From positions 10,914,001 through 10,978,000 of the forward strand of contig NC_087437.1 of NCBI RefSeq assembly GCF_036321535.1: 64,000 nt of DNA, given 5' to 3'. Positions 34,866-48,235 of the stretch are shown here, piece after piece (within the stretch, counting starts at the first letter, position 1; every line of letters begins with the position of its first letter). The translations under genes were made by a program, and so were the position numbers. The DNA comes from Camelus dromedarius. Its lineage: Eukaryota. The notes beneath the pieces are model-generated. The model was not told the origin of the DNA and ran no database searches. It was given only the letters and a program-made list of their open reading frames with translations.

Positions 34866-37509
34866 CACCTACTGCCCACAATCTTCATTCCCACAACCTA
34901 GGGACCAAGTACCAATTGTTAGGTGGCAGGTATTTGTGACGTTTTTACCTATTGCTCACTCAGAGATGCCGAAGGTGATTTGTTCTTCTCTTTGACATAA
35001 AAATAAATAAATAAAACATTCATTTAGTCTGTATTCACGTCTGCAGCTGCTCGATCTTGTTGGCAATTCCAAAGATCAGTCACCTCAGGTTCCAAAACTC
35101 TCCTTCTGGAGGCTGCGTGAACCTCCGTCATGTCTCGTGCAGACCAGGTCTGAACCTGAGATCAAGCACCTGCACCAAGTTTCTACATACCGCAGGGAGG
35201 ACTTGGGGGCTGGTCCCTTCTGCTTTTGAGGGTTCTTTTTATTTTTTTTTTTTGAAATGCAAAACCAGAGTTAGCTACAGATCTCTCTTACCTTTTTCTT
35301 TTTTCTTTTTGATACTTTTTGTCTAAACTATCTATTATGCTTTAACTTAAAAGCTATCTCTTAAGAATTAAAAAAATCCCCAAAATTCAAACGATGCCTA
35401 CAGACTACAGTTCAACTTATTTTACATTATGTGATTTGTGAGAACTCTTTAAATGTGATGATTTCTAGTTAAATTTGGGATCTGATTATCCTTGTCTACC
35501 ACCTGGAAAATTTTCCATATGAAGAACTCTAAGAATAATGAGAGAAAAGAGTCCACGTTGATTAATCATCCGACCTACAAAAGTAACAAATTCCCTGCAT
35601 AAAAGTGATCACTGCAGGGAATTCTGGGAGGGATAGGACATTAGCACAGAATGAGGGCACAGTGGTCTTAGACAAAAGGTTCTGTATCAGTAGCAACTGC
35701 CTGTAATTTTGTCTGACATAGAATCATTTTCAATGCATATTTCAATGCAATCATTTTAAACGTATATTTATTTTTATTAGACTTTAAAATACTGTTTGAG
35801 AAACATCACACAAAAAAGAGTACAGCTTAAGATTAATATTAAAATGAACAGAAAGCTTTTTTTTTTTTCAAAGAAAGTAGCAGTAGGCTTAGAAAAGCTC
35901 AGTATCACTGGGTATGAAATACTCGACATTCTATTGTGGAAATGTCAACACACAAATTATCCTTGTTCGTTTTTTATTGCCGTCACTCTGTGTTTCCCCG
36001 TTTAATGCTGTGCAAACATTTTATCAGAAACTGCGGAGGAAAGAAAACCCATTGTTAACCACAGCTGATAAGTAATTTGGTTGTTGATACCACAGTCACT
36101 GCACTTGGATGGTTATGTCGTTTTCTGTATTCAACCAGCGGCAAGAACGGCATACTGAGGGTGGTTAGGCAGAAGCAAAGTGGAAGTTTAAAAGGCAGTA
36201 CTTCGTAATATTTTCACCTTGGGTTTCTGCATTTGAAGCTCATTATGAAAACATTAAAGTGGCGCAGCCCACCGGCAATCTGTGAATTTAATACAGTCCA
36301 GGAGGCCCTGGGATGCGATGGGTCTGGAGGGAGTGAGTCCCACAGGGAGACCTCAGACGGAGTTTGGTCCAGATGTCAATCAGAGAGTGGGGCCCCTCGG
36401 CTTAAACCTGGGGCAGCGAGGAAAGTCGCCGCAGGGCGGACTCTGCTGCATCGCCCTGGGGTTGAAGCCCTCGGAGGACGGCTACGTTCTCACACCGCCT
36501 GTACCTGGGTTTCTTCCTCCGTGACGCGGGCAGGATAATGATATGAGCCTACCTTCGCTGTGAGGGTAAAGTGAGTTACCACACGTAAAGCCCCTGCCGG
36601 AGGACCCGCGGTAAAGGCTGGTTTGCTGCTGGTTAGTGTTGCCAGGCCTCCCTGACTTCACCTTCTCCCTCTCCCTCCACTCCAGCCTCAAGCCTCCCTC
36701 TTTACCTCCCTCTGGCCAGCTTTGTGCCTGCAACACTCCTCCCTCCTTGCCCAGCTGTCCACAAAAGCCTCCTCCCACCCGCCCCCTCTAGTCACCAGGA
36801 AGCACACCAAGTGCCTTATTTCCTTCACAGCACGTATCACTATCTGAAAAGACCGTATTTATTCGTGTATTTGCTAACGCTCTGTTTACCCACACCCCCG
36901 CCCCTCCCCGCCCAGAGTGAGGTCACCAACTTGGTCCAGTTTGCCCAGGACTTGCCCAATTTTAGCTGCCGAGCCCCACGTCCCGGGAAACTCAGTGAGG
37001 GCAGGGACTCTGCCTCCCTCACCTCCGTCTCTCGTGCCTAGATAGTGCCCGGCACACAGCAGTCCCTGCGCAAGTATTTGCAGAATAAGCAAGTGAATCA
37101 CTAAGCCTCTGGGTGAGAAGGAGGCAGAGCAGAGGCGCTCTCGCTCTCGTCATCCCGCTTGATCGAGAGAGGCCTGGCATCCTGCTTCATCGGGTGTCAC
37201 ACACGCCGACAATGCCGCATCGGTCCCGAAGCTTCAGCTCTGAGACCACCTGACATCCTCATCGATGTTTTTGTTCCTGTCTCCACGGCTACCGAGACGC
37301 CTCAGAGGCCAGCAGCTGTTTTGCATATGAGATCAACACACACAAGCATCTGGAGACCCCAGGCGATCCAGGCCAGGTGGAAGTTCTGGAAGCTGACACG
37401 ATATCACATGTCACTTCCTCATGGACCAAATGCCTGGAGCCAGCGTGTCAAACTTAACCAGCCGTCTCTGAGCTCCGGCTGCGACACAGAAAGCACTTAC
37501 AAAGAATTA

Positions 37510-37726
37510 CGGTTGACCCTCGAACAACAATTTGAACTGCGCGAGACCGCTGGTGGGCAGATTATTTCCCACTAAACACAAACTACAGTCCGTAACCTGG
37601 TCCTCGATTGGTTCCATTCGCGGATGTGGAACTGGGGATACCAGAGCCAACTCTAAAGTTACAGGTGGATTTTCAACTGTGTGGGGGTAGGCGCCCCTAA
37701 CTCCTGCATTGTTCAAGGGTCAACTG
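37510..37726. mobile_element. MER8-like Tigger MITE
   Basis: Terminal inverted repeats CGGTTGACCCTCGAACAA ... TTGTTCAAGGGTCAACTG. Confidence 0.82.
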
Positions 37727-40352
37727 CATTCTAAACAAGAGGGAAAGAGGTTGTAAGGAACTGTTGCGAAAGGGAGAAAACAGAGGCTACCAGAAGTTTA
37801 GGAACGAGCTGGGGGAAATACTGCAAAATGAGGTTTCTCTCTCCCTATGATGATAAAAGAGCCATAGTGTTTGGCATTTTGGTAAGAGCAATATATACAC
37901 TGAGATGCAAAGGAAGCCTGAAATTCATCCTATATCTGAAGAAACTAAGCTAGGATGAGCTGGTGAACACATCATTGGCTAGAAGTGAATATCCCTCTTG
38001 GGTGACTGCGAAATTTGTATTTCATTTTCACCATTTGTTGAGTGGGCACGGTCCTGTCCACCCTGACTTCCTCTTGGAGATGTTACACTTATCATGTGAT
38101 GATCAGCCTGGTCCTATGGGTAGAATGAAGTAAACTGCTCCCTCTCAGGGGATGTGTTAAGTGGGTCCGGTCATTCCAGTTGAGTGAATAAATCAATTTG
38201 AGTTGACAGGTTGGTTTCCTGCTGTTCCAAAAGTTTTTGCAACAGGGAGAATTTACTTTCTCTTTATCAGCAGAGACAGCTGGAACTCAGAACTACTTGA
38301 GGTCTTCTAAAGAAACAGCCTGAACAATCAGAATGATACCCTAACACTGGTACACGGAAGATTCATCCTTTAAACTCTCAGGGTAAACGATTTTAGAATC
38401 TAACCTTCTAAATAAGAGGGGAAGGGGCAGGCATTGGGCTGTGCACTGTGGGATAGAGACCCCCACCAGCATCTGGGGTTCAGCTGGGGACACAAACCAA
38501 AATTTGGGTGCTCCTCTGAGGAAGTGCTTCCGAGGCTCCGACTCCCCGTCTTGCATTAAGACCTGACTTCTCACTCCTCTCCCTGAAAACCCTGTGCTTT
38601 CAGGTCTACCTTTGTTTGTCTTGGTACCTAAATTCTCCTGACATCCCAGAGACCATCAATGAAGCCCAGGTCAAATGCTGCATCTTCCTCTGTCAGGGAA
38701 GATCTCTTTATATCTCCCCTCCAGTGGTCACTACCACCATGCAGTTTCTTTTGGTCTCTTCTATAGCAATTCATAGATCTCCCTTCCTTCTAAACAGCAA
38801 GCTAGACCTTATACATTATTAACTGTTGTATCTCCTGGAGCCTAGCATGGTGAGCTATGCCCCATCGGGGCGCAATAACCATTCACTGGATTGAATCCAA
38901 GTGGAGGAGCGTCTATGAAATCTACAAGCCACATGTGAGCGGGACCCTGGGTCTGGAGGAAGCCGGACTCTGGTGCTGACAGTGGTCAGGGCTGGTTTCA
39001 GAGGTTAGGTCAGCCTTGATCTTCAGATGAGTGGGCTGTTGTTCATGCCAGAACTGTTTTTCACTGATCACCATGCTCTGCACATTGTTTTTGTGATGTC
39101 ATTCATCTGGAGATGCAGAATCTTAGCTGGCCAGTGTTCCTTTCCGGGATCCATCTTTGCTCCAAGGCTGGGCATAGGCGAGCTTGGTGCCTGACTCCTG
39201 TGCAGTAGTCAGGAGCAAGGCCTGCCCCAGTTCTGTCTCAATGTCAGAGGGAACGGGAGCTCGGAATGAAAGTCAACAAAGCACTGTAGGGATGTGCTTG
39301 ATCATGAGAAATCACACGAAGAAAAGCCTCCCATCTCCATGGAAAAACTGACACCTTCTCCAGCCAGCTGTGTGTGTGAAGGAGTGGTGGGGAAATTTGT
39401 AATAATTTGCAAGTTTGCCCAGAGGATAGAGTTGTGTCATTTTTCCTACAACAATCTGTGCTGGCTGACAGCATGGAATTTCTTTCTGGATTGAATTGGA
39501 AAATTATTCACAGACTGTGCAAAACCAATAAGAGTGGCTTGTCCAAATCTGCTAAGAGAGAGCTGAAAGTGGAGCATGGACAGAGTCCCCGAGTCGGAGC
39601 CACTCTGCTCTCTGACCTCCGCATTGGCCCATTTCTTCTCTCTGATTTCACCCAGCCCTCTGGCTTCACTGGCCATTTGCTGGCTAGCCTGACCTCTCGA
39701 AAAACAGTCCCTGGACAACCCCTTCCTGGGCCTGGCCTGCAGCCTCTTCCCCCACACCCATAGTGCCTTTCCTCACAGGCACCTTGGAGACAGGTGGTTC
39801 GGGAACCAGGAAATGCTGCCTGGGTCCAGCGAAAGGGATGCAGGTTTCAGATTGCAGGCAGGGATGCTCTCTCTGGTACCACAGGCTCTGAAACCAGGGA
39901 AGCCAAGGCTTCCTGATGCACCCTCAATTACAGAGTGGTTGAATAATAAGGCTGAAAGAGACTTCCCCTAACCACTAGCCAGCCTGCTCTTTCTCAACAT
40001 TTCAGGCAGCTTTTTCTCTGACTCAGTTCCTCTTGGTAAGGCTCAGCTCAGAGACTTAGCCCCTGCCGTGTGAGTGTACCTATTGCCTGACGGAGAGTCA
40101 GAGGAGGTGACTTCCAGTGTCCATCTCTCTTATGCTCTAGCTCAGGGCCACTTTTACAACACATGCTTTCTGCATACTGCAACCCTTACAAATCTGCCAG
40201 AATAGGGATGCCCAAAACAAGGTGCCCAGTTAAATGTGTAATTTAAATAAGTAATAAATAATTTTAGAGTATAAGTATTTCCCAACTACTGCATGGGACA
40301 TATCTATGCTAAAACTTATTTGATGTTTATCTGCCGTTTAAAATATCTGGGT

Positions 40353-40763
40353 ACTGCCTGGAGATCATCATTCTAAGTGAAGCAAGCCAGAAAGAGAAAG
40401 AAAAATGCCATATGGTATCGCTTATATGTGGAATCTAAAAAAAAAAAAAAAGGACCCAAATGAACTTATTTACAAAACAGAAACAGACACACAGACATAG
40501 AAAACAAACTTATGGTTACCAGGTGGGAAGGGGGTGGGAAGGGATCAGTTGGGAGTTCAGGATTTGCAGATACTAACTACTATATATAAAATAGATAAAC
40601 AACAAGGACCTATTGTATAGCACAGGGAACTATATTCAATAGCTTGTAATGGCATATAATGAAAAAGAATATGACAAGAAATATACATATATGTATAAAT
40701 AAATCACTATGCTTACACCAGAAATTAACACACTGTTGTAAATTGGCTATACGACAGTTTTTT
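40353..40763 (+). mobile_element. Young L1 3' end
   Basis: cctggagatcatcattctaagtgaag ... acaccagaaattaac; outer TSD TAAAATATCTG(G/A)GT at 40339-40352 and 41668-41681. Confidence 0.9.
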
Positions 40764-40772
40764 AAAGGATAA

Positions 40773-41095
40773 GTTTAATTAGATTCCATTTGTTTATTTT
40801 TGCTTTTATTCCTATTGCCTGGGTAGACTGCCCTAGGTGAACATGGCTAAGATTGATGTCAGAGAATGTTTGCCTATGTTTTCTTCTAGGAGGTTTATAG
40901 CGTCTTGTCTTATATTTAACTCTTCAAGCCATTTGACTTTATTTTTCTGTATAGTGTGAGGGAGTGTTCTAACTTCATTGATTTACATGCAGCTGTCCAG
41001 TTTTCCCAACACCACTTGCTGAAAAGACTATCTTTTCTCCACTGTATATTTTTGCCTTCTTTGTTGAAGGTTAATTGACCATAAGTGTGTGGGAT

Positions 41096-41158
<63 letters not shown>

Positions 41159-41650
41159 AATGGAATACTACTCAGCCATAAAAAAGAATAAAATAATGCC
41201 ATTTGTTGCAACATAGATAGACCTGGATATTGTCATTCAAAGTGACATAAGCCAGAAAGAGAAAGAAAAATACCATATGATATCACCTACATGTGGAATC
41301 GAGAAAAAAAGATACACATGAACTTATTTACAAAACAGAAACAGGCTCACAGCCATAGAAAGTAAACCTATGGTTACCAGCAGTGGGGCAGGGGGTAGGA
41401 AGGAATAAATTGGGAGCTCAAAATTTGCAGATACTAACTATTATATATAAAATAGCTAAACAACAAGCTTCCATTGTATACAGCACAGGGAACTATAGTC
41501 AATGTCTTGTGGTAACCTATAATGAAAAAGAATATGAAAAGGAGTATATATATATATGTACATGTATGACTGAAACTATTCACTACACACCAGAAATTGA
41601 CACAATATTGCAAACTGATTATACTTCAATAAAAAAATAAAAATAAATAA
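40773..41650 (+). mobile_element. Young L1 with 5' inversion (antisense ORF2 part about 40773-41095, sense 3' part about 41150-41650) and (TA)n at the junction
   Basis: Inverted ORF2 segment followed by sense 3' UTR and poly(A); TSD AAAGGATAA at 40764-40772 and 41651-41659. Confidence 0.82.
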
Positions 41651-43019
41651 AAAGGATAAAAAAAAAATAAAATATCTGAGTCCTGTGTTTTTTTCTTTCT
41701 TTCTTTCTTTCTTTTTTCGCCCCATCTGACCACCCTAGCCAGGCAGACCCTGAGTCTTTCCACGACTTCCAGTCCTCAGTCATCTGTCATTTATCTCGGC
41801 GGCAGGAGCTTCTAAGGCATGGAAGATCAAATAGCTGACACCACCAAAATGCTGCACAGCCATGCTGCACCTCAGAATTCAGTGGCTTAAAATAGTAATC
41901 CTTTATTCCTGTGGAATTGTGGGTCAGCAGGAATCAGCCAGTCTAGGCTTGGCCGAGGCATCTCTGCTCCACATCTCGTCCTCTTCTTGAGACCTATGAG
42001 CCGGCCCTGGCAGGTCCCCATCAGGGTGACAACAAGGAGCCAGAAAGCAAGTCCAGATGCACAAGATTTTCAAGCTTTCGGACACATCACACGAGCTAAC
42101 GTTCCTTTAGCCAAAGCAGGTCCGTGGCCAAACGCACTATCAGGACGTGGAAATGTAAGTGGCATAGATCTAAGGAAGGGTGAAGAGTTGGCCCAAACAC
42201 TCTCTCATATGAGAAAGGGCACAGTGGAAAACCAGGCAAGCCAAAGGCCTGACCCTACTTTGCCACTTACTGGCCGTGAATCCCTGGAACAGTCTCTCTG
42301 ATCCACTGTTTCCTTCTCCCTGAAATAGAGCTGTGACAATAGAGAGCGACTTGACTGAGTGACCACTAAATGGTAGCTATCATTATGGTCAACAACAGGT
42401 GTCACTGGGGGAGACCCTGGTGTGGCCATGACTTCCCATGTCCAGCTCCTAAACCCCTAAACTTCTCATTCTTCTCCTGAGTTTCCATGGAGACCACGGC
42501 AACAGGCTGCATGGAGGAACCGTGGGGTGTGGATGCAGCCAAGCAGTGAGGGGCCCTGTTCTGTGTCAGTGTCTCTGCCCCTCAGCCTTGCAGCCTCCCC
42601 CCATCCTCGCAGGCACTGCAGACAGGTGGGGTTGCTCACCCCCTGCTGCGAGCTGTCTCCTTCCACCTCCGCTGCAAAGGCAAGGCTGAGCCGCTTGATC
42701 TGCTTCTGAAATCACAGTTCCTGCCTTCTCCAGAAAGGGATCTGTTCCCAGGGGCTGAAGCCACCTTACAGCTCTGGCTCTGGGCTCACCTCCGGGCTTC
42801 TCTACTTACCGCCCAGGCCTCGGAGAAGTTACCTAATGCCTCTACAAAACACACACAGTCACAGAAGCTACTTTCCACATGGTTGTTTTGAGGATTAAAC
42901 GAGTGAACACAGGTACAGTCCTGTTTAGTGGAAGGCCTGTTACAGCGTATGGACTCATAAATGTTGGGGGGAGAGACGTATGTGGCATTTGTTGTTCTCT
43001 TTTTTTTTTAATGTTCATT

Positions 43020-43525
43020 TTTTTAATTTTTATTTATTTATTTTTATATTGAAGTATAGTTGATTTACAATGTTGTGTTAACTAAATGCTCCAACCAAAA
43101 GACACAGACTGGCTGAATGGATATAAAAACAAGACCCATGCATTTGCTGTCTACAAGAGACCCACTTCAGATCTAGAGACACATACAGACTGAAAGTGAG
43201 AGGATGGAAAAAGGTATTCCACGCAAATGGAAATGTGATGTTGTGTCAGCTTCTGGTGTACAGCATAGTGATTCAGATTATATATATATACACACATACA
43301 CACACACACATATACATATATATGTATATATTCTTTTTTATATTCTTTTTCATTATAGGTTATTATAAGGTATTGAATATAGTCCCCGGTGCTACACAGT
43401 ATAAACTTGTCTGTCTATTTTCTCTATAATAGTTTGTATTTGCTAATCCCAAACTCCCAGTTTGCCCGTCCCCGCCTTTCCCCTGTGGTAACCACACGTT
43501 TGTTTTCGATGTCTGTGAGTCACTG
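43020..43525 (-). mobile_element. Young L1 3' end (antisense), interrupted at 43081-43237
   Basis: ttgaagtatagttgatttacaatgttgtg...tatagtccccggtgctacacag...ctgtggtaacc...tgtctgtgagtc. Confidence 0.85.
43081..43237 (+). mobile_element. Internal L1 ORF2 endonuclease fragment
   Basis: Frame from 43082 reads LNAPTKRHRLAEWI*KQDPCICCLQETHFRSRDTYRLKVRGWKKVFHANGN, the N-terminal region of the L1 APE-type endonuclease. Confidence 0.9.
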
Positions 43526-43764
43526 TTATTTTCATTACCATCATTACTACTTCCTGATCTTGTTTCAAGGTTGTGATATCTTAGCTTCTCTCTCTGAAGA
43601 TTTAGTTCCTTCTTTTCTTTTAAGTTTCCTTCTGCTTCCTGCATATTCTGTTTTCTCTGAATTCCTTTGTTTCTCTTTGTTTGGTCTCCTTTTTTTCCCT
43701 CAAGTGTCTGGTGGTCTTTGTTTCTATGTCCACACTGAAGAGTGAGAAGGAAGGAGATGAGGGA

Positions 43765-44280
43765 GGCTTAGGGGCCAACCTTCAAGATGGGACCCAGTGA
43801 TTCACACCCCCTGGTATTTGCGCCCCTTGTGTAGGTCCCACCTGCAGGGACTAGAGCACCCTGTGTCCCAAATACGATACTGTGGAAATGATGGCGTGTG
43901 ACTTCCAGGGCTAGGGCATAAAGGACATCTCAGCTTCCAGCCTCCTGTCTGGTACCAGTTGCTCTGGGTGAAGCCAGCTGCCGCATTGTGAGGCTCCTCA
44001 AGCCGCTCAGTGGAGAAGCCGCCCTGTGTGGTGAAGAACCGAAAGCTCTTGCTGACACTCACTCACTTGCCAGGTAAGGGAGTGAGCCGTCTTGGAGGTG
44101 GAGCCTCCAGCTCCAGCCGGCATCTTGACAGCAACCTCATGAGAAATCTTCAGCCAAGACACACAGCTAAGCCATTCCAGGATTCTTGACCTACAGGAAC
44201 TGCCAGGTAATAAATATTTACTTTTGATTTAAGCCACTAGATCACTGGGAAATGTCCTATGCAGCAACAGATAACTAACA
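43765..44280 (+). mobile_element. MaLR LTR (MLT1F-like)
   Basis: gtgtgacttccagggctagggcataaagg...gaagccagctgccgcattgtgagg...tatgcagcaacagataactaaca. Confidence 0.75.
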
Positions 44281-45139
44281 GGAAGGGTAGTTGGCTGACT
44301 GGGTTAGAGAAGGAGCTCTGGGCATCTGACTTTCCATCAGTCCTGGGACTAGCCCCACCCTACACCCCAGGGTTTAGAGGTACTTGGTCCTCCAAATCCT
44401 GAACTTTCTAGAATTCTGCCAAGCAAATAAGCCCCTGATTTGTAAAAAGTAGGTTTCCGTTTTTTCTGTTCTGCAAAGTCAGTTGTCATTTTTCCATCTG
44501 CTTTCACGTTTCCAAAATTTTATCGCCATTGCTTATCTGCTGCCAACTCATGCCTTGTTCTCGTTGTCCTTGTGGGCTGGTATCGTTGTTTGTAACTGAC
44601 TGTCATTCAGTAGGGTGCGGGAGAGGGCGGAGCCCATGTGTGTGTTCAATCTGCCGCATTCGGCTGGAAGCCAGAGACGCTCTTGCACCGCCTGGAGAGC
44701 CTCCCTGGCTGCCCGAGACCACACCTACGGTCACTCCACTTTTAGAAGGTTGGTTGTGTGGGCAGGCAGAGCTGCAGAAGTGTTTGAAAGACCCAGCAGA
44801 CCCCCTTGGTGCTGCAGTGTGCGTGTGGCTTGGAGAAGGGAGAGGTGGAGGAGGTCTACTTGGGCCCTTAGAGGGGGAGTCATGTAAGATGACAAAATGA
44901 GAGGCCTGGAAGATGCTAAGAACAAAGACAGGTAATCAGAAATGGGCCAAAACTTGAACTGTAGGAAGGTCATGTGGGATGAGGTTGTGCATGTGATAAA
45001 ACTCAATTTCATCCTCAAGGTACCTGATCCTAAAGACAGACCCATGGTTTCAGACAGCATCATCCCCTACTCTACAGACGATGAAGAAGGAAAATCAACT
45101 GTATATAAGACATTGTAAGGAGTACAATACAAAAAAGGA

Positions 45140-46945
45140 TGAGAGCAAACATCCTTGCCTTGTTCTTGATCACAGCAGGAAAAATTTCTCACCATCGCAT
45201 GCTGTTGGCTATAGTCTTTTTTGTAGATTTTCTTTATCAAGTTGAGGAAATTCTCCCTCTGTCCCTAGTTTATTGAGAGTTTTATTGCAAACAGGTTCTG
45301 AATTTTGTCTGTTGCCAAGATCGTGTGGTTTTTCTCCTTTAGCCTGCTGACTGATGGATTACATAAACTAATTTTCTATTGTTGAGCCAGCCTTTCATAC
45401 CTGGGATTAATTCCACTTAGTCACGGTTTGTAATTCTTTTTTTATTTAATCATTTATTTATTTATATATACATATGTGTGTAATGTTTTCACGCATGTGT
45501 TTATGTGTATTTAACAAATTATATCATGAATACCGTCAGTTTTTTTTTCTCCATTCAGTACATTGTGGGCATCCTTTTTTTTTATGATTGGCTCATCTAT
45601 AGATCTGTTTCAGCCTTTTTGCATATAGTTTTATTGTAGTATAATTGGACATACAATTGACATACATGCACATTTTTAAAGAGTATAACTGGATACATTT
45701 TTGTGTATGTGTACACACATGAAATTGTCATAATCAAGATAATGAGTAACTTCTTACTCATGGTGTGTAATTCTTTTTATATCTTGTTGGATATGATTTA
45801 CTAATATTTAGCTGAGGATTTTTACATCTATGTTCATAAGAGATATTCGTCTGTAGTCGTCTTTTCTTAGAATGCCTTTGTCTATTTTTGGTATTCTGGT
45901 AATACTGGCCTCCTAGAATGAGTTAGGAAGTGTTACTTCTGCTTTGATCTTCTGGAAGAAATTGTAGCGAATCAGTGTAATTTCTTCCTTGCATATTTGG
46001 TAGAAATCATCAGAGAACCCATCTGGGCCTGATGCTTTCTGTTTGGAAAGCAAACAGAATTGTTGATTCAATTTCTTTAATGGATACAGGCCAATTCAGA
46101 TTGTCAGTTTCTTCTTGTGTGAGTTTTGGCAGATTGTGTCTTTCAAGGAGTTGATCCATTTCATCTAAGTTATTGAATTTGTGGGCATAGAGTTGTTCAT
46201 ATTATTCTTTGACTGTCTTTTTAATGTCCATGGGATCTGCAGTGATGTCTCCTCTTTCATTTCTGGTATTAGTAATTTGTGTCCTCTCTTTTTCTTTCTT
46301 AGCTTGACTAGAAGCTTATTGATATCTTTGATCTTTTCAAACAACTAGCTGTTGACTTCATTGATTTTTCTCTGTTGATTTCCTATCTTTAACGAATTGA
46401 TTTCTACTCTAATTTTTATTATTTCTTTTCCTCTGCTTACTTTGGATTTAATCTGCTCTTCTTTTTTCTAGTTTCCAAAGGTGGAAGGGAGCTTAAAGAA
46501 CTGATTTCAAATCTTTTTTCTTTTCTAATATATGCATTCAATGCTATAAATTTTCCTATAAGCACTGCTTTGGCTAGATCTCATAAATTCTGATAAGTTG
46601 TTATTTCATTTTCTTTTAGTTCAAAATATTTTAAAATTTCTCTTGAGATTTCTTCTTTGACTCATGTGTTATTTAGAAGTATGTTGTTTAAGCTCCAAGT
46701 AGTTTGGGATTTTCCAGCTATCTTCCTGTGTTGATCCCTAACTTAATTGCAGTGTGGTCTGAGGGCAGACATGGTGTGACTTCCATTCTTTTAAATTTGT
46801 CAAGGTGTGTTTTTAGCCCCAAATGTGGTCAATACTGGTGTATGTTCCATGTGAGCTTGGGAAGAATGTGTGTCCTGCTGTTGTTACATGAAGTAGTCTA
46901 TAGATGTCAATATATCCAGTTAATTGCTAGTGCTGTTCAGTTCAG
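45140..46945 (-). mobile_element. Old L1 ORF2 region (antisense, degenerate)
   Basis: catccttgccttgttcttgatc, tggcctcctagaatgagttaggaagtg, gtgtggtctgag...: typical antisense L1M ORF2. Confidence 0.85.
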
Positions 46946-48084
46946 ATGTTTTAAATTTTGACAAGGAGAATATATTCAGGCATTGCATGTATTATATCTG
47001 TAAAGCATCAGTGCAACAAAACAAAAACCATGAATTAAGCTTTAAAAAAAGTTTTTAAAATAATGAGCCAGGGCAGAAGGCATTTGTAGAGAGTAAGCTT
47101 ATGATCATTACCACTCATTCTGCCAGCCTTGCCAATCCAGATGAGGGTGTAGCAGCTGTGGCAACCCAAGAGCTTGGACCCACTGCACTGACCAGTCAGT
47201 GGAGGTGAAGTGCCAAGGGATGCGAGCGGTGGCTGGGACGAGGATGGTGTGTCTATGAACTGCTCCCCAAATGCAAGCACAAATTGCTGCTGATAGATGG
47301 CTGAAGTCCAGCCAAGCCTGTTCAACTGTGACTATAATAAAAGGCATGACATTTATGTTCAAGCTCCAGGCCTGCTCATTTGATTAAGCAATTGAAGGTT
47401 GTACATCATACTCGCCTTGTGTTTTTGGCAGGGCACTAAGCATGCCAGCTCACAGAGCTGAAGGTACCTACTTGAGAAAAAGAAGACATCACAGATAAAA
47501 TTACATCTCCAGCCTTCTTTCAGGCAATTGTCATTGAACATGTAACACTCCTTGGGGTGTTTAAGTTGTTCCATCTCTCCTCCTTTCTTAAGGGAGAGGA
47601 ACCATAAGAAATCCCAAACTCAACAGGAAACCATATCAACCAAAAACTGTCTAGTCAATGAGTATGAAGAGTTGAGTGCAAATCACCTAATGTTGCTGCA
47701 AGTGGTTCTACCCATCATTCCATTAAAGGTTCTCTCCTTTGCCCCTTTATGATAACACTCATCATTCAAGTGGAAGAAGTCCACTGGTAAGGAAGGGCTC
47801 AGTGACCTCTTAAATTAGAGAGTGAGGTGCTGGACAAGTCTGTGGCACTGTTTTCCTATTGTTCACATGTTCATCTGATTCTATCGATGTATTCAAAATT
47901 AAGTTTCCAGATACCAACTACAGAGAAACTTGATTTTACAAATACAGCAAGTGTGAGAGGTTAACTTTAAAACAAGTAGGACAGGAGGCAAGGGTGTGGG
48001 CATATCTGTTTGCCATGAAGAATCATGATAAAATTTCCATTGTCTTATTCCTAGATGGTTAGAAGTACAGTGAATTAGACAGTG

Positions 48085-48235
48085 TTTCTTTTTTTAATTT
48101 TTAAATTTTTTTGGTGGGGGGAGGTAGTTAAGTTTACTTATTTATTTATTTTTAGAGGAGGTACTGGGGATTGAACCCAGGACCTTGTGTGTGCTAAGCA
48201 TGCGCTCTACCGCCTGAGCTACACCATCCCCCCTA
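48085..48235 (-). mobile_element. tRNA-derived SINE (antisense)
   Basis: ggaggtactggggattgaacccaggacc...gcgctctaccgcctgagctacacc; flanks tagacagt on both sides. Confidence 0.9.

Larger units (their letters stand above)
40203..41717. mobile_element. MER53 palindromic MITE split by two nested L1 insertions
   Basis: tagggatgcc...gtataagtatttcccaactactgcatgggacatat... on the left; ...catctgaccacccta on the right. Confidence 0.65.
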
